Shown here in pieces: positions 18,811 to 29,458 of a DNA stretch of 42,329 bases. The notes under the pieces were generated by a model, which saw nothing but the letters and a program-made list of their open reading frames with translations, was not told the origin of the DNA and did no database searches. A program made the translations under genes and the position numbers. Each line of letters opens with the position of its first letter. The first letter of the stretch is position 1. Source of the DNA: Trichomonas gallinae (lineage: Eukaryota); the NCBI GenBank assembly GCA_008369845.1, contig MRSU01010877.1, forward strand, positions 1-42,329. The letters are read 5' to 3'.

Positions 18811-20070
18811 ATGAATTCTGCTTTAAAAATTCGGGCACAAGAGAGTCTGCACAGAGGAAGTGCAACAAAAATATCGGATGTACTGGTTTTAACAGATTCA
18901 GACATTCCGGATGCTCTTTCGCTATTTCCTCCAGAAAGTGATAATATAATCAAAAAGTTTGGGTCATTTTCTGAATCAAACCCTTTATATATCGACAAAA
19001 TTTCATTGTATATCGCAAATTGCGTTATTTCAGCTGATATTTCAGATACCAAAATTAAACAGACTGCAGCAAAAGTATTCGAAAGTATTGCAACCTACAG
19101 AGGATTTACAGTTGATATTTTCAAATCAGATGAATTTTTCGTTAACTTATTAAATTCAATTCATGAAGAAACAACTGCTGACTTTGCAAACACTGTTTTA
19201 TACTCATTATTACTGAAATTTCCATCTCAGTCTATTACATTTCTCGATGAATCAACAATTCGCGCATATTTTGAATATTTTTCTAATTCTTACAAAGCAG
19301 GCGATCAATTCAATCATGATGTTACTACTGAGTTTCTAAATTTCTTTGATTGCATTGCAGAAGTTCCAGAAGACTTGATTCCGGATTCATTGGAAATTTT
19401 CCATGATTATATCCAATCTTTAATTAACGATCAGGCTCGTTTACGCTTTGGACTTATTCTTGCGTTTAAATTTTACAAATATCAATTATATTTTGAAATA
19501 CCAGAAATTACAGAAAATAGAGAGTTGTATGTGAAATATCTGCTGCATTTATCATCTCTCGATAAATATCCACTGCTCATTACGTTTGATGAGTTTTTTG
19601 AAATTTTCAAAAAGCCAGTAAGTGACAATTCCATGTACTTAGTATTAGGAAAAATCATGTCATCGCATGCAGAGAATTTTTTAGACTCACAAAAACAAAC
19701 TTTGATTGAATATTTTATTGAAAACAATGAAAACTATGGATATCTTGCTTCTAATCCTATATTATTTGGTTTCTATAATTTTGGAATGGAATACATCATC
19801 CAGCACAGCCAATTCATCGATTTATACTTAATTCATGCATTTAAGCAGCCAAACGAGTGCAGCATCCAGTTTGTCCGCGTGGTACTGAACGCTATAATGG
19901 AGGCGATCAAATCGTCAAACATTGACTTCATTGATCATGCTGTTTTAGCAATCGATGAATATCAAGAATATTATGACGAATTCGCGTCTATTTCAGATGA
20001 GCACTCTCAGCTTATTGAAATATTGCTCAATATTGTTCAGAAATTGAAGAATCTCTTAGAGAAAAACTAA
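18811..20070 (+). CDS. Hypothetical helical-repeat (ARM/HEAT-like) protein
   Basis: Long ORF; GTCACTTTT at 18797-18805 precedes ATG 18811; ends in TAAA. Confidence 0.8.
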   Translation: MNSALKIRAQESLHRGSATKISDVLVLTDSDIPDALSLFPPESDNIIKKFGSFSESNPLYIDKISLYIANCVISADISDTKIKQTAAKVFESIATYRGFTVDIFKSDEFFVNLLNSIHEETTADFANTVLYSLLLKFPSQSITFLDESTIRAYFEYFSNSYKAGDQFNHDVTTEFLNFFDCIAEVPEDLIPDSLEIFHDYIQSLINDQARLRFGLILAFKFYKYQLYFEIPEITENRELYVKYLLHLSSLDKYPLLITFDEFFEIFKKPVSDNSMYLVLGKIMSSHAENFLDSQKQTLIEYFIENNENYGYLASNPILFGFYNFGMEYIIQHSQFIDLYLIHAFKQPNECSIQFVRVVLNAIMEAIKSSNIDFIDHAVLAIDEYQEYYDEFASISDEHSQLIEILLNIVQKLKNLLEKN

Positions 20071-20132
20071 AAAAAAAAAAATAAACTGTTTGTTTTCTAA
20101 ATATATTAAAACAAAAATATTTACACAAACAA

Positions 20133-21731
20133 TTATTTTGCACCTTCATCTGAATAGTAATATTCCTCTTCCTCATCAGAATAATACTCATTGTGCTGTG
20201 CTTGCTCTGCCTCTTTAGCCTTCTGGTTTTCCGCGTCTTCTCCGAGGACAATTGTCGGCTTCTTTTCATCGTCAATTTCCGCAGCCGTCTTAATCTGAGT
20301 TACCAAACCAGTTGGACCATCATCAGGCTTCACAAGTCCGTCATTCATATTCTCGTCCTCTTCCTCAGAATAATAACTTCCAGAAGATTCTTCAGCCTTC
20401 TTCTGATTATCATTTTGGTTTTCATTTTCGTTATGGATTGTTTCCTTGACATTTTGGATTTCAGATTTGATTTGAGACATGAGTGATTGTGTCTCGGTTT
20501 CGTTTGGTTGTTGTGGTGGATTTTCTTCTTTGTTTTCCTGCTTGTTCTGGTTCTTCCAGTAGTTTTCGTAGAACTTAATTTTCTCTTCGTCCTTCTGCTT
20601 GAGACGCTCCTCCGTTTCGCGGCTGCGTCGTGCTGCTTCCCTGTTTCTCGCACTTTCGCCGGCCCTGATTGCATTGTAGTCAGGAGGAACAAGCTTCGGG
20701 AGTAAAAGGTCTGACCTTTCTCGTCCGAGCATTGACGCGATACTTGCTTTCGAAGGCTCCCCTGTTTGTCTGTCCCTGTGGCTGTTAAGCGCTCGATGCT
20801 CCTTGTAGGCGAGGACTTTTTCCCTGTTTGCTGCTGCTCTGAGGTTGACTTCCTGCTTCGCTGCGAGGGCTTCTCTTGCCTCTGCGCGGACTTTGTCAAA
20901 TGAATTGCGTTCCTGGATCTGCCTGTCGATGAGTTTGTCTCTGGCAGCTACATAATCTGTGTTTAATCGCTGCTGCGCTGTTTCCGCCTCGATTTTCCTC
21001 AAATGATCAGCTTTTGCCTTTAATTCGCGGGCGAGTTTGTAATCTCCTTGAAGGCCGACTCGTCTTTCGTTTTCTGAGAGCGATAAGAGCTTTTGGGATG
21101 GCTTGCGGTACTTGCGCGGCGCTTCTGTCTGCCAATAATGATCAAATTCGCAAAGTTCAGATTCGTGGCGTTTTTCGAGTTCAGATCTTCGTAATACTGT
21201 CTGTTGGTCGAATTCATCGAGCTTATCTGTGAATTGCGCAAGTTGCGATTGCAATTTTTCGTTATCACCTGCATTGTGGCGATTCGATGCATCAGCATGC
21301 TTTAAGTACTCTTTAATTTCGTTTGTAAGGTTGTCGCAAGCCTCTGCTTGATCATAATCTCGATTCAATACACATTCTGTTGAAAAAACGCGAAGATGAG
21401 ACAATAACTTGTGTAAGTCAGGTATGGATGTATCAGTAAAATCGTGTGATTTCATTAATTCCTCTCTCAAAGAGATCATCGATTGATTATTCAGCGAACT
21501 TAAATCTCCTTTCGTATTTGTTGTTCTTCCTGGAGTTTGCACAGTGCTTCTGGATGTTTCAAAAGATGTTTTAGCCCTCATTGTACTTTTCGCACGTAAT
21601 TTCGAGATCTGCGTCTGCTTTACTGGTATATCCGCCTCAGTGTTGAAAGTAGCCTCTCTCTTCCGTATCTTGATCGTCCTTTCGGGCTTCGACCTGAGCG
21701 GAATCGTCTGGATTTTCGACCGAGACGACAT
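20133..21731 (-). CDS. Coiled-coil protein with KYRKPS motif and acidic tail
   Basis: EFDHYWQTEAPRKYRKPSQKLLSL..E....GDYKLA, a pattern recalled from an expanded trichomonad coiled-coil family; ATG 21731. Confidence 0.8.
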   Translation of the reverse strand: MSSRSKIQTIPLRSKPERTIKIRKREATFNTEADIPVKQTQISKLRAKSTMRAKTSFETSRSTVQTPGRTTNTKGDLSSLNNQSMISLREELMKSHDFTDTSIPDLHKLLSHLRVFSTECVLNRDYDQAEACDNLTNEIKEYLKHADASNRHNAGDNEKLQSQLAQFTDKLDEFDQQTVLRRSELEKRHESELCEFDHYWQTEAPRKYRKPSQKLLSLSENERRVGLQGDYKLARELKAKADHLRKIEAETAQQRLNTDYVAARDKLIDRQIQERNSFDKVRAEAREALAAKQEVNLRAAANREKVLAYKEHRALNSHRDRQTGEPSKASIASMLGRERSDLLLPKLVPPDYNAIRAGESARNREAARRSRETEERLKQKDEEKIKFYENYWKNQNKQENKEENPPQQPNETETQSLMSQIKSEIQNVKETIHNENENQNDNQKKAEESSGSYYSEEEDENMNDGLVKPDDGPTGLVTQIKTAAEIDDEKKPTIVLGEDAENQKAKEAEQAQHNEYYSDEEEEYYYSDEGAK

Positions 21732-21797
21732 CACTCTTGTACGTTACGTGAAAGGTGACAATTGAATAAAAGTGACAGTGATGAAAAGTGACAAAAG
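21732..21797. promoter_or_regulatory. 66-bp bidirectional promoter
   Basis: AAAGGTGAC (21751), AAAAGTGAC (21768, 21784) and TACGTTA (21740). Confidence 0.75.
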
Positions 21798-22169
21798 ATG
21801 AACGATTTTGAGGCAATTGGCGGCGGCGTTTTGATTGGCGGCGTCGTCTTCTTCATCCTGGGCATTTTCACGATGAACTCGGAGTTTTTGGTCACAGCAA
21901 ACATTTTAATCATCATCGGATTAAATATTGTTATGAACGTGAAGAAATTCTTCCAGTTCTTGATACAAAAGGACAAAATAAAGGGAACTGTCGCGTTCTT
22001 TGCCGGAATTGTCCTCGTTTTCTTAAAATATGCAATTTTTGGAATAATCGCCGAATTAGTTGGAGCTTATTGGCTATTCGGTGGCTTTATCCCAATGCTG
22101 TTTTCGCTTCTAAGCAAAGTTCCAATTCTATCTTTAATCATTCCAAAGAAGAATGAATCCTTAGAATAG
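21798..22169 (+). CDS. GOT1: Got1/Sft2-family Golgi traffic membrane protein
   Basis: IGGGVLIGGVVFFILG...ANILIIIG...FFQF...KIKGTVAFFAGIVLV...GIIAELVGAYWLFGGFIP...KVPI. Confidence 0.92.
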   Translation: MNDFEAIGGGVLIGGVVFFILGIFTMNSEFLVTANILIIIGLNIVMNVKKFFQFLIQKDKIKGTVAFFAGIVLVFLKYAIFGIIAELVGAYWLFGGFIPMLFSLLSKVPILSLIIPKKNESLE

Positions 22170-22318
22170 AACAAAAAACATACCTAGCACACCTGTTATT
22201 TTCATAAACACCTTCTTTTTCGAAATTGAAATTTTTATCAAATTTTAATATTTGCAAAAAGATTATGAGATCATGCTAATTTGCCTATTAAAAATCTTTT
22301 ATGGATCATTTTGTTGTG

Positions 22319-23080
22319 ATGTTTGCTATTTTAAATTATCGATTGACGAGCGCCGCGTTTGATCTGGCTCATCCATACAAAAGGGAGACGGGCAGCGAAG
22401 ACGCTTACTTTATATCACCGAATAATTCAACTGTCGGCGTCGCTGACGGAGTTGGCGGATGGGGCGAACATTTCGGAGCAAATTCAGCAGCATGGTCTCA
22501 TGGCTTGATGGATTTGTGCCTCAAATATTCGGATCTTTCAACGCCATACGAAATATTCAAAAACGCATTAAATGATTTTACCGAAACTGTTCATGGATCA
22601 ACGACAATTTCGATTGCAAAGCTGATAGAATCTAAAATACACTTCTACAATTTAGGAGATTCCGGTTGTGCGATTTTTCGAAATTTCGAGATGGTTTTCA
22701 GAACGAATTTCACTGTTCATTCGTTTAATTATCCATACCAAATCGGATCAAACAACGATTCCTCAATTGAAAACGGTTCAATTGAATATTTTGATATTAT
22801 GAAAAATGATACAATGATCTGCGCGTCAGATGGATTGTGGGATAACATATATCCTGACGAAATTGGCTCAATTATCAAAAAGGCATGGAAAAATGTTACT
22901 GTATCTGATATTTTTGTTCATGCAGCTGCAAGGAATCTTGTTCGAAGCGCATTCACAAAAGGTGCATCGCATTCAATAGCAACACCATTCAGTGATGCAG
23001 CAGAGAAAGCAAATATAGATTATCTCGGAGGAAAATTAGATGATACAACTGTAGTCGTCTCCCAGATCGACGAAGCATAA
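22319..23080 (+). CDS. PTC7: PTC7-type PP2C phosphatase
   Basis: SEDAYF, GVADGVGGW, GSTT, NLGDSG, HSFNYPYQIG, ASDGLWDN, GGKLDDTTVVV. Start is 22319 (initiator TCATTTT at 22306) or 22301. Confidence 0.9.
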   Translation: MFAILNYRLTSAAFDLAHPYKRETGSEDAYFISPNNSTVGVADGVGGWGEHFGANSAAWSHGLMDLCLKYSDLSTPYEIFKNALNDFTETVHGSTTISIAKLIESKIHFYNLGDSGCAIFRNFEMVFRTNFTVHSFNYPYQIGSNNDSSIENGSIEYFDIMKNDTMICASDGLWDNIYPDEIGSIIKKAWKNVTVSDIFVHAAARNLVRSAFTKGASHSIATPFSDAAEKANIDYLGGKLDDTTVVVSQIDEA

Positions 23081-23126
23081 ATATAATAAATAAAATGTTT
23101 GATTATAGATATACAAACAATAATAT

Positions 23127-26100
23127 TTACATTTTTGCCTTGTTGATTAAATTTTCATAATCTTCATCAACGAATTTGTAGGAATTTTTTGTACAAATAT
23201 GAATGCTTAGTGGCTTCTTTGTTATATTTCCGTATTTCTCGCAGTAACAAGTGTCAAGAGGCAAAGTCATAACTTGAATCTTTTTCTCCGCGACGTCAAT
23301 CAGCTCTTCTGCATAATCAATCAGCGACATCTTCTGCATCATATCAATGAACAGCTCCCTCATGTATCCTGCGGCCTTCTTTCGCCAGTTGCTCATGAAA
23401 ACATAGCTCAAAGCAGACGAATGATAAGGACGGCTTCTTTTTTCTGTCTTGTTGGAGATGTCAGGCATTGCTACAACAGCTACTTTGTTATCTAGTTTCA
23501 GGAATCTCGCAGCGTTTCCCTGCCAAATGACGTCTTTGTCGCAAATCAGCAGAGAGTCGACATCTTTCGGCAGCAAAATGTCTACCAAAATGATTTTCGC
23601 TAACTGGAGCTGAGAAAGTTTACTCTGAGGGACAACAAATGACGGCGGGAAGACAATTGGTAATAATCTAAAATCATATTTGATTAAATTGCTATTGATT
23701 ACAGACCCGCAAATCCAAAACTTGACTTTGTTCGCCGAATTTCTGGATAAGGTGTACATCATTGCCAATAAACTATCGACATTGTTTTCATAATTTGTCG
23801 AAAACACATTCAAAATGTTGTTTTCGCTCTGTGGGATATAAATTGATTTAAAATCCGGGATAAATTCGCCTAAATAAGAATTAAATGAATCTATTGGTAA
23901 AACTTTTGTTTGCAAACCTAAAACATCGAATTTTCCAACTGGTAGATTTACAATGAAATAGCCATCATTTGAAACATGATTTATTTCATTGTTGACTAAG
24001 ATTTCTGATATTAGCGATGTCACTCCTAGCTTACCTATCGAAGAAACAATTAATTTGTTGTTTTCTTTCGAAACAACGAAATTGTTTGGATAAACTAGTG
24101 AATAGTTTTCGTTTGTGTATTCGATAAAGTCATTTTCGAAGTCAAAAACATGTTTGCATCTCAAATGATAAGGAATTTCATGGTTTGCGATAAAGTTAAA
24201 CGACAATGTTACATAGTTTGTCGAAATGTTTCTATTCGCTAAGATTTTCAAAAATTCCAGCAAATATTGAACATTTTCCTCGAAAGGATCGATGACTAAT
24301 TCGACTTTCATTGGCCCATTTCCTGTCACAAACTTGTAGTCGTCCGGAATGTTCGAGATGTCGTTCTCAGACAGAATGGACCTGGAGATAACTGCCTGGT
24401 GCCACATCGTTAAATAAAGATTAGGCTTTGAGTAGTTTTTGCATGGAAGAGAGTGGATTAATGAATAAACATGGTATTTGATCATTGAAGCATCTAATAC
24501 ATGATCGAATATTTGTGCTCCAATTAAAACTTTAGCATTTTTAATGAATTTTTGTAAAGTTTTCGATGGATTTTCAATCTGATGGATAATAATTGGATCA
24601 TTCAACAAACTCGAATAGTCTTGATCTATTTCGCCGAATATAAAAACATGGCAGCTGTTGTTTTGCATGCTTTGGAATTTGATTTTCGAATCGTATAACT
24701 CATCAATTATCATCTTCTGTTTAGAGATGTCGAACTTGGAAATGTCAGCGTAAATCTGTTTTTGGTTTATTGCCGTGATATTGAGTCTGTCTAATATTAT
24801 TGAGTCATTCTTTCCAGCATCATTGTACAAAGTGACATTCTCCAATAAATTTTCCTTCGCCTGCTTTCTGATAATCGGGTCATACATCTTTGGAATGTCA
24901 TTTATATTGAGATTTTTGTCAAAAATCGGGTTTCCATTAACAAAAATTAGGTTTTCAGTTATGTTGTGTTTGAGAATGAACTCACCAATGCTTTCGAGCG
25001 ACGTATATTCCGATGATGTCGGATCCATGACGAAATTTAGCAAATTCCATGTAATTTCGCAATTCAGCTTTTCGTACGCTTTTTCGTAGCCTATTGTGAG
25101 CCCGTCCAGCAGGAATTTGCACGCTGTTCGCCCGTCGAAGTACCTTAGAATTGTTCTGAATGCGAAAGCCGCTTTGAGTTCGGTCTTGTTCGAAGCCCTG
25201 AAGATCGGGAAGACGACTAGAGTGAGAGAAGAATGTATTTTAAGCTCATCGAGTGCTTTTTCTAGGATCTTCTTTGACGATGGATCAAAGAGTTTGACGA
25301 AGATTTGAACAGTTAAAAGATTTTTCTTGACGATATATAATTTATCTCCATGAGCTGAAGAATCCACTTTTGTTGGGAATTTCTCTGAGTACTGGTTGTG
25401 TAAAACGTCTCTGATAACAGCACCATATGCTATATTTGGCATTTCAACGAAAATACTGGGGACTTTTCTTATGTTTATGTCGTGAATTTTCGATTTTTCT
25501 TCTGCAGAAAAATTGAAGAAATCTAAAACTTTTTGAAATTTTGTTTCTTCGATGATGTTGTCTATGAAATCGTATAAATTCGTGTTCACTTGTCTGGAAT
25601 TGATTTGGAGAATCGTGTTGTAGTATGGAAGTTTTAATCTTTGATATTTAATTATTTTATCTTTATCAATCTCCGTATTTGATATATTATTTAGATATAA
25701 ATCAAAGTTTTGCAGTAAATTTTGTAATTTATTGTAACTATCTTTGCTGTTGTGGATTTCTTTGAAGATATATGAAAATAATTTTAAATTGATGTTTGGT
25801 ATTGATTTTATTTTATTGTTTGATTCTTCTAGTAAACTTAGGCCTTTGAGGACTGGTTTTTTGTTTCTAATTGGATTTTTTAGAGATGCTTTTGGATTAA
25901 AGACTCGAAAATTAAGACATAGCTTCAATAAACTAGCAATATCGTAACTTGTGTGGTTTTGTAAATCTGATACTATTGAAGAGATGTTATTTTGAGTTGA
26001 ATTGAGATTTAAATATTTGATTAAATCAGAATCAACTGTTTTAAGATACTCTTTCGCTTCGTCAATCATATGCGAATCACTCCAATTTCCAACTATTTGG

Positions 26101-26132
26101 AGTTTTACGCATAAAAAAATTAAGAATAACAT
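23127..26132 (-). CDS. Divergent UGGT/Kre5-like protein with signal peptide and C-terminal GT24 domain
   Basis: MLFLIFLC signal; LNVFS...KVKFW...KIILVDILLP...LLICDKD...PYHSSAL...WRKKAAG...LPLDTCYCE is colinear with the UGGT catalytic domain. Confidence 0.8.
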   Translation of the reverse strand: MLFLIFLCVKLQIVGNWSDSHMIDEAKEYLKTVDSDLIKYLNLNSTQNNISSIVSDLQNHTSYDIASLLKLCLNFRVFNPKASLKNPIRNKKPVLKGLSLLEESNNKIKSIPNINLKLFSYIFKEIHNSKDSYNKLQNLLQNFDLYLNNISNTEIDKDKIIKYQRLKLPYYNTILQINSRQVNTNLYDFIDNIIEETKFQKVLDFFNFSAEEKSKIHDINIRKVPSIFVEMPNIAYGAVIRDVLHNQYSEKFPTKVDSSAHGDKLYIVKKNLLTVQIFVKLFDPSSKKILEKALDELKIHSSLTLVVFPIFRASNKTELKAAFAFRTILRYFDGRTACKFLLDGLTIGYEKAYEKLNCEITWNLLNFVMDPTSSEYTSLESIGEFILKHNITENLIFVNGNPIFDKNLNINDIPKMYDPIIRKQAKENLLENVTLYNDAGKNDSIILDRLNITAINQKQIYADISKFDISKQKMIIDELYDSKIKFQSMQNNSCHVFIFGEIDQDYSSLLNDPIIIHQIENPSKTLQKFIKNAKVLIGAQIFDHVLDASMIKYHVYSLIHSLPCKNYSKPNLYLTMWHQAVISRSILSENDISNIPDDYKFVTGNGPMKVELVIDPFEENVQYLLEFLKILANRNISTNYVTLSFNFIANHEIPYHLRCKHVFDFENDFIEYTNENYSLVYPNNFVVSKENNKLIVSSIGKLGVTSLISEILVNNEINHVSNDGYFIVNLPVGKFDVLGLQTKVLPIDSFNSYLGEFIPDFKSIYIPQSENNILNVFSTNYENNVDSLLAMMYTLSRNSANKVKFWICGSVINSNLIKYDFRLLPIVFPPSFVVPQSKLSQLQLAKIILVDILLPKDVDSLLICDKDVIWQGNAARFLKLDNKVAVVAMPDISNKTEKRSRPYHSSALSYVFMSNWRKKAAGYMRELFIDMMQKMSLIDYAEELIDVAEKKIQVMTLPLDTCYCEKYGNITKKPLSIHICTKNSYKFVDEDYENLINKAKM

Positions 26133-26158
26133 CTACTAAAACAAACAATTTTTTATTT

Positions 26159-28564
26159 TTAAATTTGTGATATCCTTGAATCGAGATAAGTGATATAGCT
26201 AACAAACAATTTGAGCGTGGAATGTTCTTCTTCTGTGATTATAATTTTGCATTGGTCACCATCGAGAAAATGCTCTAAAAACTTGGCGAAAGAAAAGGCA
26301 TCGTCAACTCTTGCTTTGAGGATCATGAAATGGAGCAAAGGCTCAATCTCAGAAACAGATGGATCTTTTTGGTTTGCGAGAATGAAAGTCTTCTTGATTA
26401 TTCCGAAAGCCTTCGTGATGAGCTTAATCGCTTCGATTGGAATCTCCGCAATTCTTGCCTCGTAGAAAATTTTGTTCGCGAAAGAAAAATTTTCTGGATT
26501 TTTCGCGAAATCTCTGACCTGCTGCGATGTTTGTCCCTCCAGGCATATTTTTGAGATTTGCGCATCCGATATGTCTTCAAACGTTGTGTCCGTCTCAGTC
26601 AAAGTGCTGTGGTACTCCTTGAAGCGCGCTAAATTGAGCTTCTGGACGATGAACGTGTGCATCATTTTCGAAACTCCTATAAAACAGAACGAAACTGACG
26701 GCTCCAAAAACATCTTGAGTTTTAAAAGTTCATCGTTGAAATATTCCATAAAAGTGTCATGGCTGAGCAAGACAGACAAGCACTTAGATCTGAACCTTTC
26801 GTCGAAGTCCTGGCTGTCGTGATAGAGCTCGAAAAGCTTCTCGTGTAAAACAGGCGTCATGTCTTCCAACTTGTTGATGTACTGCTTTTTCATGGCGTTG
26901 ACGGCTGATAGAGTGATGGCTATGTGCGTCAGAAGAGAAGAATTGCGCGATGAATACTCTTTGTGTCGTCTTATCTCTTCTTCGAGAGCTGCGATGATCT
27001 CTGAGCCTTTTTCGGGTGGAAAAACTTTGAGCTTATTCATGACGTGGCAGGTGTAGCAGAGCTCGGTGTTCGCCCCACTGATCATAGCCTGCTCCTCATG
27101 GAACTTGACGAAAGGAAAGAGATCACCAGGTGCAAGAGGAATCTCTTTCGACTGCTCGAGGAAGTTGAAAACAGACTTAGCAACATCCTCTATTTCGCCA
27201 CATTTCGGTTTCTCGAGTTCGTTGGCGTTTATGTCTGGCTTTGCAATACCGACACTGCCCAAGTCCCAGATATCGTACCTGAAGAAGAGCATGTCGATAT
27301 GCTTGTCTGTTGGGATCTTTTCTGTGGCGGGCATGATTGGCTTCACTAAGTTCGGGTCAATCTTGCTGACGGCCTGGCAGACGTAAGCGAGCATGCAGAT
27401 GTCCGGCACGTTGAAGACGAAGCTAGTGCTGTGTATCCCAAGTAGAGGCATCAGCGATGTGCACTCAAGGCCGCTCAGTTTGCTGACATCGACTGAGGCA
27501 ACAGACCTCAAAAATGACTCGAATGGAATCCGCGAAAGTCTGTCGACGTCCAACTCTGAATATCTCAACCTCGCCTGATTCGGGTGGAGAATTATGTTGA
27601 AAAGTGAAGCCAGAACCTGCAGTGCCCTGGCTACGCCTGTTGTGACGCGGAAGTTGATTGTGCTGAATAAGACGCAGTATACCTTCGGGAGTGAAATTGC
27701 CGGTGCTAAAATGAACTTGCAGAACAATGTTTCGACACGCTGCAGCCATTGGGCGTCGTCTGGAGCTAGATCAGCAAATTTGCGGATCAGGATGCGGATT
27801 TCCATTGGAATTAAGTCAATATTCAGGTTCATCTTGGAGATAATTGTTTCAATTGTTGGAATTAATTTATTGAAAAATTCGTGTTGAGCTGAACGTGGAA
27901 TTGAGTCTAGTGTTGTATCTCTTATTAGATACAGTAGATCATCACCAATTGATGCACGCAAAAAAGGTTGAATATTTGAAGAATGAATAAAATGTGTAAA
28001 GCAGTCCAAAATCCAATGCCCATTTATATTGTCGAATACCGTTGATGGTAGTTTTTCCGATATTTTGATCAAAAAATTGATGTATGCAAATCTTAAATCT
28101 GAACTCCAGTAATGGCCAAATAACGCAGGTAATGTAGAAAATGCTATGAAGTGGTTTGCTTCTGCGACATCAGGAATGAATGGCACTGCTATTTTAAGAG
28201 CAGAAGATGGTAATTTCGCAAAAATTTCTGGTAATTTATCGCTATTTTTATATATTGCTGCCAATAGCTTCGTAATTTCTGTGCGCAATGGTCCTAAACT
28301 CGTTAATTCAATTAATCTTTCGTATACAACAAATTTTCCAGGTTGAACGAATGGAAGATTTGCAATCTGAAGTGCATTCTCCTTCTTTATATGAAGGAAG
28401 TAGCCAGAGCTGAGAGAATATATACATTTCATATCTTGTGTTCTCTTTATCGCCTCCAGCAACTCCTTTCTGTTCATTTTGATCTCATCCTCTTGTAGGC
28501 GTATTGATGCCATCACTTCTTTGATCTCTCGCTGAAGATCTGGCATTTCTCGCCGTGAAATCAT
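26159..28564 (-). CDS. RasGAP-like plus VPS9-like protein (GAPVD1/RME-6 architecture)
   Basis: IPMEIRILIRK...FILAPAISLP...RALQVLASLFN (RasGAP fold); PIEAIKLI...EIEPLLHFMILKA..FSFAKFLEHF (VPS9). Confidence 0.7.
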   Translation of the reverse strand: MISRREMPDLQREIKEVMASIRLQEDEIKMNRKELLEAIKRTQDMKCIYSLSSGYFLHIKKENALQIANLPFVQPGKFVVYERLIELTSLGPLRTEITKLLAAIYKNSDKLPEIFAKLPSSALKIAVPFIPDVAEANHFIAFSTLPALFGHYWSSDLRFAYINFLIKISEKLPSTVFDNINGHWILDCFTHFIHSSNIQPFLRASIGDDLLYLIRDTTLDSIPRSAQHEFFNKLIPTIETIISKMNLNIDLIPMEIRILIRKFADLAPDDAQWLQRVETLFCKFILAPAISLPKVYCVLFSTINFRVTTGVARALQVLASLFNIILHPNQARLRYSELDVDRLSRIPFESFLRSVASVDVSKLSGLECTSLMPLLGIHSTSFVFNVPDICMLAYVCQAVSKIDPNLVKPIMPATEKIPTDKHIDMLFFRYDIWDLGSVGIAKPDINANELEKPKCGEIEDVAKSVFNFLEQSKEIPLAPGDLFPFVKFHEEQAMISGANTELCYTCHVMNKLKVFPPEKGSEIIAALEEEIRRHKEYSSRNSSLLTHIAITLSAVNAMKKQYINKLEDMTPVLHEKLFELYHDSQDFDERFRSKCLSVLLSHDTFMEYFNDELLKLKMFLEPSVSFCFIGVSKMMHTFIVQKLNLARFKEYHSTLTETDTTFEDISDAQISKICLEGQTSQQVRDFAKNPENFSFANKIFYEARIAEIPIEAIKLITKAFGIIKKTFILANQKDPSVSEIEPLLHFMILKARVDDAFSFAKFLEHFLDGDQCKIIITEEEHSTLKLFVSYITYLDSRISQI

Positions 28565-28620
28565 TTTGGCAAAATCTTTAAACAGGGCTTTAAAACATTA
28601 GAAAGGGACCAAAATTTAAA

Positions 28621-29004
28621 ATGGAAAGTTCGAACGAATCTGATGAAAAAGCAGCTCAATCACCAGGTGATGAAACTTCGCCTACACAGCCTGTTAATAT
28701 TAACGATCTTGTCTATAAGATTACACCTAATAAACAAGAAAAGATTTTCTCGGTTCCTTCTGAAGACGATATAATAGAAGGACTTTGTCCGTTCCCTGAT
28801 AAAGATAGCGAAAAAAGTACCAAAAACGTTTTTACTCTCACATATTTGGCATTATTTAAAAAAATCAAAACACCGGATGAAACTACACGAAAAATGCTGG
28901 TAAATCTAATACAAACAGGCCTAATACAAGGACACTCTTTCGAAACAATCAAAGAGCGATTTTTCAAGACTTTTCAGTCTAATATAAACTACAATGACCA
29001 GTAA
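28621..29004 (+). CDS. Small hypothetical protein
   Basis: ATG ORF of 127 aa in aaaATGG context, divergent from the 28564 gene across 56 bp. Confidence 0.7.
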   Translation: MESSNESDEKAAQSPGDETSPTQPVNINDLVYKITPNKQEKIFSVPSEDDIIEGLCPFPDKDSEKSTKNVFTLTYLALFKKIKTPDETTRKMLVNLIQTGLIQGHSFETIKERFFKTFQSNINYNDQ

Positions 29005-29458
29005 TATAATATGTATATAGTTTTCTTATACAACTTACTTTCAGAGTTGCAGATTTTAGAAATATAATTATTATTTTCTATGGAAAATGATAAACTTCAT
29101 AGAGCAAGTTGAAAATCATATGCGGTTATGTTTTCTTTAATAATTTTAGATAATATTTTATGCGAAATTTAATATGTATTTTTATTGAATAAAATGTATT
29201 TATTAATACTAAAATGATTCTAGTTTTGAATATTTTTATATTAAATATGAAATTGAATCAATTAATATAATATAATGAACAATAAGAATATGATAGATGC
29301 TATATGGATTGTATTTGTGTATGATACATAAATATAAAACTATAATATAATGGAATAATATGAAAAATATTGTTTATCAAAAGATAAAAGCATTAAAATA
29401 TTAATGTAAAAGTCATAAATATGCATAATCTGGTGAAAGTGATCACTAATTGATTTTG

